Origin: Azolla caroliniana
Lineage: Eukaryota; Plantae; Polypodiophyta
NCBI GenBank assembly: GCA_043228905.1
Contig: JBHGNT010000022.1
Coordinates: 11,098,001-11,162,000 of the forward strand
Length of the DNA stretch: 64,000 nt
Direction: 5' to 3'
A model generated the notes under the pieces. It saw nothing but the letters and a program-made list of their open reading frames with translations. It was not told the DNA's origin and searched no databases. Below are positions 10,749-23,889 of the stretch, piece after piece (positions within the stretch are counted from its first letter, which is position 1; each line of letters starts with the position of its first letter). The position numbers and the translations under genes are program-made.

Positions 10749-13652
10749 TGTTAGGAAATGGGTCCCTCCGGATGGGAAGGGAAGAGCCGACTTGACCCCC
10801 ATGGTTTTCCCATTTCGGGTTTCCACGTTAAGATCGTGTGTCTTTGTCTCTAGTGCTATTTCTGTTTTTCGTACTCTGTCTGAGTGCATTCTACTTTACG
10901 TTCCTGCACCCGAACATCCAAACGATAAGCCGGGTGTGACTGGTCTCGATTCTCGTCAAAGTGGTATCAGAGCGAACAACACAGGAAATGGAAGAATCGT
11001 TCAGTGGCATGTTCAAGCTCACTAGCGCCAACTACTCAATGTGGAAGTCGAAGATGAGGGATATGCTGGTGTTTAAAGATCTTTGGTTGCCGGTTTAGTT
11101 CGGGGACAAGAGACCGGATAAGATCGACACCGTAGTGTGGGAGGTGATGCACATGAAGACGACGACGACATACATCCGGCGCTTCATCGACATGAGCCTG
11201 TACAACAATTTCAATGAAGAAAGTAAGGCTCATGAACTCTAGGAGAAGATCGACATCATGTTCCAGAACAAGAATGTTGTTAATTGGGTTTCGGTATTCT
11301 GGAATCTAGTAAGGCTCCGGTACCAAGACGGCTCCAGTATGGCGGAACATATGAATGCCTTCCAGGGGCTAATACATCAAGCAACCTCGTTAGAAGTACC
11401 TCTCGCCGATGAGGTACTTGCATTACTCTTGCTCGGTTCCCTCCTGGATAGTTGGGAGACGTTAGTTGTCATGTTGGGCAACGTCGGGTCGGAAGGAAAA
11501 AACAGTTGTCCCTAGCAAGAGTCAAATCAAGCTTGCTAGATGAAGAAGCTCGCCGAAAGGACCAGGAGTCCGGAACCGATTCGAAGGCCTCGGTTACGGA
11601 AGATGACCACAACCGGGGAAGAGGCCAATATCGGAGTCCTCAAAACCGGGACAAATTGGGGTTGAGGTTGAAGTCGAGAGGAAGGCTCACGTGCTTCTAT
11701 TGTGGGAAGTCGGGGCACTTTAAAAAGAATTGCCGACATTTCCAAAAGGAAAAAGGGGGAGCCGATGGTGTGCAGCCGATTTTTTTTGGAAAGGAGGAAC
11801 ACCTCGGCGATTGCGACAAGTGAGGAGGAGTTGCTGCTCATTAGTGAGCAGAATGAAGTGAACCTTGTTGGCGATGAATTGACATGGGTGGTCGATTCAG
11901 GTACGTCATTTCACCTAACCCCTGATCGGAAATGCTTCTCATCGTACAAGGTCAATGATCTCGGATTCGTAAAGATGGGAAATGAAGAAGCATACCGAAT
12001 TGTCGGCATGGGAGACGTGTGTTTGGTGACCTCAACCGGCTACAGACTCGTGCTGAGAGATGTTCGGCATGTTCTGGAGGTTCGTTTGAACTTGATATCA
12101 GCCGGTCGGCTGGATGATGAAGGCTACACAGGTAGCATCCGGAATGGTTCATGATGTTCTGCAAGGGGAGCCTAATCGTGGCTCGAGCATGAAAAATCAA
12201 CACATTGTACGTAATGAATGCCTGATTGTGCCGTGGGGAAGTGAATGTGGCAGCTGAAATAGTTGGTGAACTTTGGCACAGGAGGTTGTGCCACATGAGC
12301 CAAAAGGGGATGCGGAAGCTTGTCGAGGACAACCTCATTCCGGAAGTGAAGAACGTGCAACTTGAGAAATGCACGGATTGCTTGGCCGGAAAGCAAAATC
12401 GAACATGCTTTCGAACGAGGCTAGCAATGAGGAAGAAGATACCGTTGGAACTCGTGCATACTGATGTATGCTACGTGGACTTGAAGTCGCATAGTGGTTC
12501 ACAATATTTCGTGACCTTTGTAGGCGACTATAGCTAGAAGTTGTGGGCTTCCGTGCTGAAGAAGAAGGATCAAGTATTATCCTTCTTTAAAGAGTTCCAA
12601 GCGAGGACCGAGAGAGAAACCAATCATAAATTTAAGGCAGTTCGAACGGACAATGGCGGAGAGTACTGCAGACCGTTCGAAGAACATTGCTGAAAAGAAG
12701 GAATCCGGCTTGAGTATACCTTGCAAAAAATGCCAGAGTTGAATGGTCTGGCTGAGAGAATGAATCGGACCATAATGGAGAGTGTCCAAAGCATGCTTGC
12801 ACATGCGAAATTATCAAAAATGTTCTGGGCTAATGACAACAACATATGTGATAAACCAATCACCCTCAGTACCCTTGGACGGTGATATTCCACAACGGGT
12901 GTGGAGCAGCAAAGACGTGTCATACCAACATTTGAGGGTGTTCGGTTGTCTTGCCTTTGTGCATGTGGCAAAGGACCAGAGGGGGAAATTAGACCTGAAA
13001 TCTCGGTCGTGCATATTTCTCGGTTACGGCGACGATGAGTTCAACTATTGGCTATGGGACCTAGCCGACAAGAAGGTGATTAGGAGCCGAGACATTCTCT
13101 TCATGGAAGAGAAGACAATGATTGATTAGGAGAACGAGAAAAATTCTCCAACCAACGAATCGAGCCGAGTAGATGCTCGGCTGGATCATGTAGATGACGA
13201 TTCGATCGAAATCGAATCCGTACGAGTCAATCCATCTGATACTCGGCAAAATTGAGAAACGATTGATGATCAAGGGGAGTCGTCCAAACGAGGAACCAAA
13301 ATTAACTCGGACGAAGAGGTTGAAGATGAACTAACCGTATCGAATGCAGGTCGAAGATACCCCCTTAGAGAGCGAAGAGCCCCCCGAAGATTTCTGGATG
13401 AAGAACGCGTACTGCTAACCGATGAGGGGGATCCGGAAAGCAATGAAGAAGCTAAGAAAGATACCCACAACCGAGAGTGGTTACGTGCCATGCAAGAGGA
13501 GATGGATTCCTTTGCTTGAGAACCACACATACGAACTGACCATGTTGCCAAAGGGGAAGAATGCACTTCAAAATAACTGGGTATACAAGTTGAAACCAGG
13601 AGATGGCCGAAATCCACCTAGATACAAAGCATGAATTGTCGTAAAAGGGTTT
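10749..13652 (+). mobile_element. Ty1/copia element B, decayed and truncated at the start of RT
   Basis: LTR 10749-10958 and PBS TGGTATCAGAGC at 10962. The gag/PR/INT homologue of element A has many stops and frameshifts and ends at PPRYKA*IVVKGF. Confidence 0.9.
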
Positions 13653-13950
13653 TGTGAATGTTAATGTGCGGAAGCATCAGACAAAACTTGCTCATCCGAA
13701 TAGCAACAGAAAATGAGATGAAGGTTTAATGGAAAAGCTTAAAACATAGAGGAGACAGAGAGAGCAGAACATAAAAGTATATTAAAAAATTAACTCTAAA
13801 ACTCTATGCATACAACGTGCTAAACAACACTATTTATACAAGTCCATAAAGGACTGACAGAAGTACTGACAGGTACTTCAATGCTCACACGTGCGACTGA
13901 CACTAACTACGAGACAATGATTACCTAGTAGTCTAGGCTACTACTAGGCT
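13653..13950 (-). repeat. LTR-like fragment of another (probably copia) family
   Basis: Begins TG abruptly where the copia B RT stops. It has the gcggaag motif and reverse TATA seen in the LTR at 29920. Boundaries are uncertain. Confidence 0.45.
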
Positions 13951-14003
13951 TCTGGTTCCCGCTCGAATCTGGCTCATCCAATAAAATGTGTCTTGAAGCT
14001 CAT

Positions 14004-14075
14004 AGGTTCTATCGAGATTTGAACTCGAGCTCTTGGATTCAAAGTCCAATGTCCTAACCACTAGACTATAGAACC
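14004..14075 (-). tRNA. tRNA-Gln(UUG)
   Basis: GGTTCTATAGTCTAGTGGTTAGGACATTGGACTTTGAATCCAAGAGCTCGAGTTCAAATCTCGATAGAACCT. Acceptor (7 bp), anticodon (5 bp) and T (5 bp) stems are perfectly paired, and A and B boxes are present. Confidence 0.85.
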
Positions 14076-14588
14076 ATGGTTTATATTGTGAAAGACTTCA
14101 AAGTCAAGCTATATCTATTGAATTGAAAATGTCCCAAACATCCTAAAAACACATACATTCATGCCCAATCGTCTATCTAGAGTCACTCATCTAGTTAAAC
14201 ATGTATTGGAGATAATAAGTTCTATTGATATTTGAACTCAAGGTCTAAGATTTAAAGTCTAATAACCTAACCACTAAACTATAGAAACATGGCTTGCATC
14301 TGCATTTCCAATCTTATTATTGGATTGAAATTCCAATCTCCTAAATGTTCTAGAATGGCTCATCAAATTAAATGTACTCATTTCCAACTTAAGTTATTTT
14401 TCAATGTCCAAACTACTAGACTTTAGAGCCATGCCTTGGATCTCAACTTAAGTATCCGGTAGTCGGCACTCTAGTCGCAAAGATCACAACACCAACAAGG
14501 GCACCAAGCTCAATGAACCTTAGGAGAAGGGGGATCTAGAACAAACCAAATGTATCCCAACGGGCACCCTAGTGTGGAAGAGAGGTAC

Positions 14589-15033
14589 TGTTGAGAGATC
14601 AAGCTCAACTTAGTTTAGTTAGTTAGTCAACACATGTAACTTAGTAGTTACCTAGATAGAATCTAGTTAGTGTGGTGACCATAAAGCCTTAAATAGGATT
14701 TTGTACTCGAGTGGGATACATTGTAGATCCACCACTCCATGCTCATTTAATATAGGACTTACACGTTGTACCTATATTCTCCTAGCACATGTGCACCCTT
14801 GCACATGAAACCTATATATACCTCATTGAAGGTATTTTTGTATTTGATGATAGTTGATGATATTTACCTTTTAATATACTTTATCAACCCCCATCTTGTT
14901 TTTGTGTTCATAAGTGTACTTCTCTCTCTCTTCCTCTCACGCACACATACACGCACATATCACTTAATCTTCCGCTACGTAATCACAAAATTAGGCAATA
15001 ATTATTCCTTAATTAATTACCTAATCCTTAAAA
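14589..15033. mobile_element. Solo LTR inserted in the array unit
   Basis: 445-bp insert absent from the other units, starting TGTTG and flanked by the 5-bp TSD GGTAC (14584-14588 and 15034-15038). The 3' CA has mutated. Confidence 0.8.
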
Positions 15034-15738
15034 GGTACTTAGTGTAAAAGACACATTTTGGTGACTTTTGAACGACTCATTCATTCTTGAAAGTTGTCTT
15101 CGGATTAGTACGTTAAGCACTTGTCTATCTCCTTATCCCTTATCAGAGCAAGTGAAGATTAGGGTTAAAGACTAATAGAGGTAAACCCAAATCTTCTTCT
15201 TTTGTATGGTGCTAAACCTCTTTGTATCAAGAAGAGTGTTGATTAATACAATACTTTCCATGTGTTTACCTTGTCTATCATTGTGTGTGTGTGTGTGTAT
15301 GAAAGAGATAGAGAGGGAGAGAGAGTGGAGAGAGAGAGAAAACGCAAAGTTCGGAGATGTTGGAGAAGGACAAACACTAATTTTGATGTATCTTCTTGCT
15401 ACGGTGTCCGTTTCTTTTGTTCTTTAGCTCGTCTCGAAGCTTGCACATAGAGCTTTCTAAAGAGTATCTGCAAGTACCATTTGGAGGTCTTGGTAGAACG
15501 TTACGAGTACAAATTCCATTCGATTGCATGCATCTCATGATCGCTTGGTTTGATTCCTTCTCCAACACAATTACTTGTAAGTGAGCTCTCTCCTATTTCT
15601 TGTCATATGGATGGTAGTGTTTTCATGAATATGTATGAGTCTCCAAATTCTTCAAAGGATGTGTGCATGGTTGAGTCAGTATCAAGCCCAAGAGGGGATG
15701 GTAAAAGAAAATGATGTATTGGAGATAATAGTAATGAC

Positions 15739-16961
15739 ATGTCTTATGTTGATGCAATGCGACAAGATGATATTGAGAAAGATGATAGTCATTGGGAACA
15801 TTTAAGATGCATGACAAATATATTAATGGAAGATTGTATAAGGGAGAATGTGAAAGTTGCTGAGGAGTTTGTTGACGATGAAGTGGCTAAGGTAGAAATA
15901 GACAATAAGGAGTTTTTGGGCTCATTTGCTAATTTTTGTGATAAAGGGGTCATATTGTTTTTCACGGGAAAGATACCTTTCCTTTGGAGGGTCAAACAAT
16001 GGTTACGTGGGATTTTACAAGTTGATTGTGTTTAGGATGTTTATGTTGGTCCTCGTGGATTTTATGAGGTTGTTTTGGTATCACAAGAGTATAAAGAGAA
16101 ATTACTCAATAAATTGCTAGTTTTTTATGAGAAAAGTTTGGTTCATATTGTTCCGTGGAGACCACTAGTGGAATACCAAGATATATTAAAGCGAGAGTGT
16201 CCCGTATGGGTTGAGGTAGAGTGCACATATTCAGTGGTTTGGCCAATATTACGGTCAACAATGGAAAAGTTGGGAAAGATCTTGGTGCCTCCAGTGCTAA
16301 TGCTCAAAATCGATATCGGATGTGTATTATTTGGAATACTACTATAAAGAGGCCAAGTTGTTTACAGATTGCATGTTCTGGTATGCCGCCTATGTATTTT
16401 CGGCTTGAATGGGGTACATTTGCAGGACATTGTTTCCACTGTGGTGTGTTGGGGCATTTTATGGCTGAATGTCCTCAAAAAAGAAATAATGTAGTGGAAG
16501 TGGTACATGAAGAGCCTACAACTCATGATCAGATTCAAGATTTGACAATTTCAGAGCAAACAAAGGAACCATTAATTGTGAATGAGAAGGATGGAAAGAC
16601 TCTAGAGGATGAAGGACAATGGTCAATAGTTTCTGGAAAGATGAAGAAGTCTAATAAAAATGTTGGGCATAATGTATCTATGGAGAAGGTCACACCGACA
16701 CATCCCATGTGGAATAAACCATGGGCTCATCAAGAGGACTATCCAAAGAAATTATCTTTTGATAATAAAGGTAATTTGTATGTTCCTTGGAATAAACGGA
16801 AATCGGTGCCTCGTTCACATGAGGAGCCATCGGGGTCTGGAGTTTTGCATTCCCATAGTAATTCATATGCAATCTTAGGGGATTTATTTCAGGATATGGC
16901 AGAAACATTAGCAGTGAAGGAGAAGGATATTTCTCGAATAAAAGGAAAAAATAAAGTATGA
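15739..16961 (+). pseudogene. LINE ORF1 (DUF4283-like region plus CX2CX4HX4C knuckle)
   Basis: Motifs PVWVEV and CFHCGVLGHFMAEC. There is a stop at 16035 and a frameshift near 16290. The stop overlaps the ORF2 start (ATGA). Confidence 0.85.
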
Positions 16962-19900
16962 AGATCACCACATGGAATGTGAGGGGATTGTGTTCTAGAT
17001 TTAGAATGCATGAGGTTTGGAGGATTGTGTTAAGTGAGCAATGGGATGTTTTATGTGCAATAGAGCATAAAGATCATCATAATGTTGGTTTAATTAGTTA
17101 TTCTAAGGGTTATACATTATGTTATGTTGGCAAGGTTCATGGGGATTATTCTGGGATTGTCATGTTTATAAGAGATAAATTTCACCCAAAAGTAATTATT
17201 TCAGATGAATTTGGAAGATTTATTGTGGTAGAGATATGTTATCAAGGGCAAGCTCTTTGGTTAGTTGGTGTGTATGCATCAAATGTTTCACAAGAACGAA
17301 GGTTGTTATGGAGATCTCTAAACTCAGTGCTTGATAATGGTAGACCGGGTTTATTGATGGGAGGTTTTAATGTTTGTTGTGAGACAGATCAATCAACATC
17401 TATCCACTCTATTATGGATGGACCAGAGGCTCAAGAATGGGGAGATTTTGAGACTGAAGTCATGTTAAGGGATGTGTGGAAATGGATCAAGGGAGATGAA
17501 CCTGGTTATACCTTTCAATCGGTTGAATATAAGCATACTTGGAGTAGGTTGGATTGAATGTATGTAATGCATATCGAAGGTTTTTTACCAGAGATTTTGG
17601 ATATTTTAGTGTCTTATGGGTCAATTATATCAGATCATTTCCCTTTAATTTTTGAGTTCAATCACCACTCAATTAGAGGTTTTCATGAGTTTTTAGGAAA
17701 ACCACCGTTGATTTTTAATTCATCATTTTTGGATCATGAGGTCTTCCATGCCTAGACTACATCGTCTAAGACAAGAAGTGGATGACACTAATTGTCAAAC
17801 ACATAAGTTTTTCCATGACCTTCATAAATCACATGCACGACATAATGTGGTAAGGTTAGAGGAAAATGGTATCGATGATAATGTTAAAAAGGATAGAGAT
17901 GTATTTTTTAATGGAGTGAAAAATCATGTATCGCATGATGTGGCACAATCATTAGGTGCTAATATTTCAGAGGATGAGGTGGAACATGTCTTGTCACATC
18001 TTGCTAATGATAAGAGTCCTGGGTGGGATGGATTAACACATGAACTCTTTAAGAAATATGTCATTAAGTTAAAGGGGCCTTTTACGATTTTATTTCAGAA
18101 TGTGTGGACATGAGGGGAAATGCCTCATTCTTGGAAGATTGGTTTGATCAAGCTTTTGCCGAAGGTGCCTTCTCCATCTTCCTTTGCTCAATGGAGGCCT
18201 ATTTCATTGATGGGGGGAATGTACAAGATTTTTGCAAAAGTGATGGCCAATAGGTTGCATAAGGTTTTACCTTCTATTATTCATAATGCTCAATATGGGT
18301 TTTTAGCAAAAAGAGACATTTTATATAATATTTTAAATGTTCAAATGGCAATTGACTATGCAAAGGAGTCTAAACAAGAATTAGTGTTGCTACAATTGGA
18401 TATCGAGAAAGCCTATGATAATGTGGATTGGTCATTTATAAATCAATTGATGTCTCATCTGGGTTTTGGTGATCGTATGTCTAAGTTGATATACACATTA
18501 GGGGAGGGTTCGGTTTCACATGTGATGTTTAATGGAGGAGTAACCCAAACGATTTCTATTTGGAGGTCAGTTAGACAAGGATGCCCGGTAAGTCCTTTAC
18601 TATTCACTATTGTGACACATCCTATTCTTGTTAAGTTACACAATATGGCTATGGGGGAAGAATTGCTTGGACTAAGGTTGCCATCAGGGAAGCCATGTAT
18701 TGTTCAAGCTCTCGCAAATGACCATATTATGTTTTTGGCACCTAATCGGGAAAATATTAGTAAGACAAGAGATGTGTGGGAATTGTTTTCAAATGCTTCG
18801 GGGTTGAGAATTAATATACATAAATCTGTCCTCATTTCATGTACAGAACAAGATGTGTTAGGGTTGGGGTGGTCAGGAAGGATAGTACATCATGGTATGA
18901 TTTGTCGTCATCTTGGATATCCAATTGGGGTGGAAGTTTCTCATGTGAAACTTATTGAGTGGGTATCCAAAAGGTTGGAGGATAAGTTTATGTATTGGAG
19001 GTCTCAATTTTGGCCTTTTCATGTACGACTTAAGGTGGTCCAATCAATTATGGTCTCTATGGTATCTTATTATCTTTCTTTGCTCCCATGGTCAAAGAAA
19101 GCTCTTGAAATGTTGTCACGCTCGATGCGAATGTTGTTATGGAAAAGAAAAGGGAAAAGTGCCTTATCATGGTTGGCATGGGATCATGTTTGTACTTCGA
19201 AGCGTCTTGGTGGGGCATCAATATTGAATCTATATGAGCATATGGTGGCTCGTCGATTTACTTTCATTCGATTCATGTTTGAAGGTGTACAACCTTGGAC
19301 AGAAATTGTGGCATACTTTATAGAGAAGAACGGAATAAAGCTTAGAAACATGAAGGTTGAAGGGAATTGGTGGAATGTAATTAATTCTGACAGGGATGTC
19401 AAATGTACAGGGTCTATGATAGTTAATCATTTGTTGACATCTTGGCAAAGTATGTTGGATTTTGTGAAATGGCATTCCCCACAAGAAAGGGGATGTGCCA
19501 ATTCACTACAAATGGAGGTTTTGGCAACATCAAGGTTGTTGAGGTGGGAAGGTAAACAAATTCTTAACCTTCAATTTAATCGGATGGCTAGATTGGGTTT
19601 GGTAATAGTTAATGATGCTATGTTGGTTTCACAAAGAAGATTAATGGCTTTTCGAACAATAAGATCAACATTTCGTATTCCAAAAGGTTATAACTTTATT
19701 TGGGATAAGTTGCAACAAATACTATCTTCGCATGAGCCAATTCCTTATTTAGATGGGCGATCTCAAGAGCTTGATTGGAAGTTTGTTGGAAATAAGATAT
19801 TGACTATGATCTCAACGAATGTTGCTTATCACAAGTTGATTGACAAACATAAGTGGTTGGAAGAAAGGGTTATAAAGATATGGGGTTTTCATAAGCCCAT

Positions 19901-20456
19901 TACTTGATGGTTTCATGTGATCAAGGCAGGTTGGTGTTCTCGATTGATGCTACGAGCCAAGGTATTTATTTGGAGAGTTATGGTTGGAGATATACCATTA
20001 GGGGATGCATTAAAAAGAAGAAACATTACTAAAGGATTGTGTTTCTTTTGTTCGGTGGAATTGGAACATAGTAGGCATCGATTTATTTCATACCCGATGG
20101 CAAGGATGGTTTTGAGGTGTATCAGTTTAGTGTGGATGTCTCTAACAGGAGTAAGTCTATCTTCCTTCAATTGGGTTTTTGCACATATGCAAAACAATGT
20201 ACTGATACCTCATTTTCAAATTATTTTTGAGTTCTTGAGGTATTGGGGGCTATGGTTCAATTGGAATATGCGGAATGCCTTCATTTTTTATTTGCAAGTT
20301 GGGGTGAGAAAATATGTTCTAAAGTTAAAAGCACTTCTTTTGTGGCAATTGACAATGCAAGAGAAGTCACAAAATCACAACCAGGAAGAGAGAGAACTCT
20401 GCAAGGTCACATATCATCATATTCGCCATTTGAATTGGTGTGTAGGGTGGCATTGA
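16958..20456 (+). pseudogene. LINE ORF2 (APE endonuclease, reverse transcriptase, C-terminal zinc finger)
   Basis: Motifs MKITTWNVRGL, SDHFP, KSPGWDG, WRPISL, LDIEKAYD, RQGCPVSP and CFFC...HRF. It has several stops and internal deletions, and the YADD motif has decayed to LAND. Confidence 0.92.
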
Positions 20457-20562
20457 GTTTGGTGTCGTAGTTTTTTTTAGATCCCTAGATAAAAGGGGTT
20501 CTATAATTTGTTGTAAGTTAGTCATGGTGGTGTTCTTTCTTTCGTAATGAAAACCATTATTT

Positions 20563-20613
<51 letters not shown>

Positions 20614-20849
20614 CAGTAAAGTGAGAGAGATTAAGTGCTAATCTTGAGTGAAGTTGGTTGGTAGCTCATAGGTGCTTGACAACCACTCACGCCTGGTTAG
20701 CCACCAAGAGAGAATATGATAGTTTGGAGTCAAGGCTAATGACATCGACAGTAGGTATAACTCCATCAATGTATAGACACATTCCGTGAGGTACACGAAA
20801 GCGGCATAATTATAGCATGACTCTCCTAATTAAACGTATTGGAGATCAA

Positions 20850-20921
20850 AGGTTCTATCGAGATTTGAACTCGAGCTTTTGGATTCAGAGTCCAATGTCC
20901 TAACCACTAGACTATAGAACC
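20850..20921 (-). tRNA. tRNA-Gln(CUG)
   Basis: Full cloverleaf with anticodon loop CTCTGAA. Confidence 0.85.
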
Positions 20922-21352
20922 ATCTTATTTTCCAAATAAATATTGGCTAATTTCCTACCGAGATTCGAGCTAGAGCTTTTAAATTATAAGTCCAAAGCTA
21001 ACTACTAGACTATAGAACCATGCATTACGTCTTGTTTTCCAACATTAGCTAGTTGGGTTTTGGAGTTCCATGTCCTAACCACCAAACTTTAGAACCACGC
21101 CTTGATTCTGGGCTTCGACTTCAACGTCATGCATTACGTCTTGTTTTGCAACATTAGCTAGTTGGTTTTTGGAGTTCCATGTCCTAACCACCACCAATAT
21201 TTACAACCATTCCTTGCATCCCGGCTTGGACTTCCAACTCACGATATTTGGATTGAAAATGTCCTAAACATTCTCACAATAAACCATACATTCATGCTAC
21301 ATTGTCTAGTATCTTGAATGACTCATCCAATTAAATGTGTCTTGAAGATCAT

Positions 21353-21424
21353 AGGTTCTATCGAGATTTGAACTCGAGCTCTTGGATTCAAAGTCCAATG
21401 TCCTAACCACTAGACTATAGAACC
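21353..21424 (-). tRNA. tRNA-Gln(UUG)
   Basis: Full cloverleaf, identical to 14004-14075. Confidence 0.85.
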
Positions 21425-22429
21425 ATGGTTTATATTGCCAAAAACTTCAAAGTCAACCTATATCTATTGAATTGAAAATGTCCCAAACATCCTAACAACA
21501 CATACATTCATGCCCAATCGTCTATCTAGAGTCACTCATCTAGTTAAACATGTGTTGGAGATAATACGTTCTATCGATTTAAAGTCTAATAACCTTTAAC
21601 CACTAAACTATAGAAACATGGCTTGCATCTGGATTTCCAATCTTATTATTGGATTAAAATTCCAATGTCCTAAATGTTCTAGAATAGCTCATCAAATTAA
21701 ATGTACTCACTTCCAACTTAAGCTATTTTTAAATGTCCAAACCACTAGACTTTAGAACCATGCCTCGGATCTCAACTTAAGTATCCGACAGTCGGCACTC
21801 CAGTGGCAAACATCACAACCCCGACAAGGGCACCAAGCTCAATGAACCTTAGGAGAAGTGGGATAGAACAAACCAAATGTATCCCAACGGGCACCCTAGT
21901 ATGGAAGAGAGGTACTTAGTGTAAAAGACACATTTTGGCGACTTTTGAGCGGCTCCTTCATTCTTGAGAGTTGTCTTCGGATTAGTACGTTAAGCACTTG
22001 TCTATCTCCTTAACCCTTATCAGAGCGAGTGAAGATTACGGTTAAAGACTAATAGAGCTAAACCCAAATCTTCTTCTTTTGTATGGTCCTAAACCTCTTT
22101 GTATCAAGAAGAGTGTTGATTAATACAATACTTTCCATGTGTTTACCTTGTCTATCATTGTGTGTGTGTGATTGAAAGACAGAGAGAGAGAGAGAATAAA
22201 GTGAGAGAGATTAAGTGCTAATCTTGAGTGAAGTTGGTTGGTAGCTCATAGGTACTTGACAACCACTCACGCCTGGTTAGCCACCAAGAGAGAATATGAT
22301 AGTTTGGAGTCAAGGCTAATGACATCGACAGGAGGTATAACTCCATCGATGTATAGACACATTCCGTGAGGTACACGAAAGCGGCATAATTATAGAATGA
22401 CTCTCCTAATTAAACGTATTGGAGATCAA

Positions 22430-22501
22430 AGGTTCTATCGAGATTTGAACTCGAGCTTTTGGATTCAGAGTCCAATGTCCTAACCACTAGACTATAGAAC
22501 C
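22430..22501 (-). tRNA. tRNA-Gln(CUG)
   Basis: Full cloverleaf, identical to 20850-20921. Confidence 0.85.
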
Positions 22502-22932
22502 ATCTTATTTTCCAAATAAATATTGGCTAATTTCCTACCGAGATTCGAGCTAGAGCTTTTAAATTATAAGTCCAAAGCTAACTACTAGACTATAGAACCA
22601 TGCATTACGTCTTGTTTTCCAACATTAGCTAGTTGGGTTTTGGAGTTCCATGTCCTAACCACCAAACTTTAGAACCACGCCTTGATTCTGGGCTTCGACT
22701 TCAACGTCATGCATTACGTCTTGTTTTGCAACATTAGCTAGTTGGTTTTTGGAGTTCCATGTCCTAACCACCACCAATATTTACAACCATTCCTTGCATC
22801 CCGGCTTGGACTTCCAACTCACGATATTTGGATTGAAAATGTCCTAAACATTCTCACAATAAACCATACATTCATGCTAAATTGTCTAGTATCTTGAATG
22901 ACTCATCCAATTAAATGTGTCTTGAAGATCAT

Positions 22933-23004
22933 AGGTTCTATCGAGATTTGAACTCGAGCTCTTGGATTCAAAGTCCAATGTCCTAACCACTAGACTATAG
23001 AACC
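22933..23004 (-). tRNA. tRNA-Gln(UUG)
   Basis: Full cloverleaf. Confidence 0.85.
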
Positions 23005-23581
23005 ATGGTTTATATTGCCAAAAACTTCAAAGTCAACCTATATCTATTGAATTGAAAATGTCCCAAACATCCTAACAACACATACATTCATGCCCAATCG
23101 TCTATCTAGAGTCACTCATCTAGTTAAACATGTGTTGGAGATAATACGTTCTATCGATTTAAAGTCTAATAACCTTTAACCACTAAACTATAGAAACATG
23201 GCTTGCATCTGGATTTCCAATCTTATTATTGGATTAAAATTCCAATGTCCTAAATGTTCTAGAATAGCTCATCAAATTAAATGTACTCACTTCCAACTTA
23301 AGCTATTTTTAAATGTCCAAACCACTAGACTTTAGAACCATGCCTCGGATCTCAACTTAAGTATCCGACAGTCGGCACTCCAGTGGCAAACATCACAACA
23401 CCAACAAGGGCACCAAGCTCAATGAACCTTAGGAGAAGGGGGATAGAACAAACCAAATGTATCCCAAAGGGCACCCTAGTGTGGAAGAGAGGTACTTAGT
23501 GTAAAAGACACATTTTGGGGACTTTTGAGCGGCTCCTTCATTCTTGAGAGTTGTCTTCGGATTAGTACGTTAAGCACTTGT

Positions 23582-23857
23582 TGTTGGGAACACGACGTTC
23601 CTTATGTCCGACGCTCGGCCACAACCGAGATTCTTTTATACACAGAAAAACAGGTACTTTAACGCGACACAAAGAGGAGAAATGGTACACAGGAGGTTTA
23701 CGTGGAAAACCCCAAAATAGGGGAAAAAACCACGGCAGCCCACAAGCTGCAAACTGTCACTATGTAGAAATATACAACAGTGAGACCACTGAGTCAACGA
23801 CCTCGTGCTCTCAGATCTTCGCCACAGGCGGCGGTTACAACAGAGTCAACGACCTCG

Positions 23858-23889
<32 letters not shown>

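Larger units (their letters stand above)
15340..20567 (+). mobile_element. Near full-length, decayed L1-clade LINE inserted in the (GA)n tract of the array unit
   Basis: 5' UTR, ORF1 with a CCHC knuckle, and ORF2 with APE-RT-zinc finger. (GA)n lies on both sides and the array unit resumes after 20610. Confidence 0.92.

Noticed and set aside
21780-22430. snoRNA or other ncRNA in the array spacer (tRNA-snoRNA dicistron)
   Set aside because: I found no convincing C/D or H/ACA boxes by eye. An Infernal/Rfam scan would be needed.
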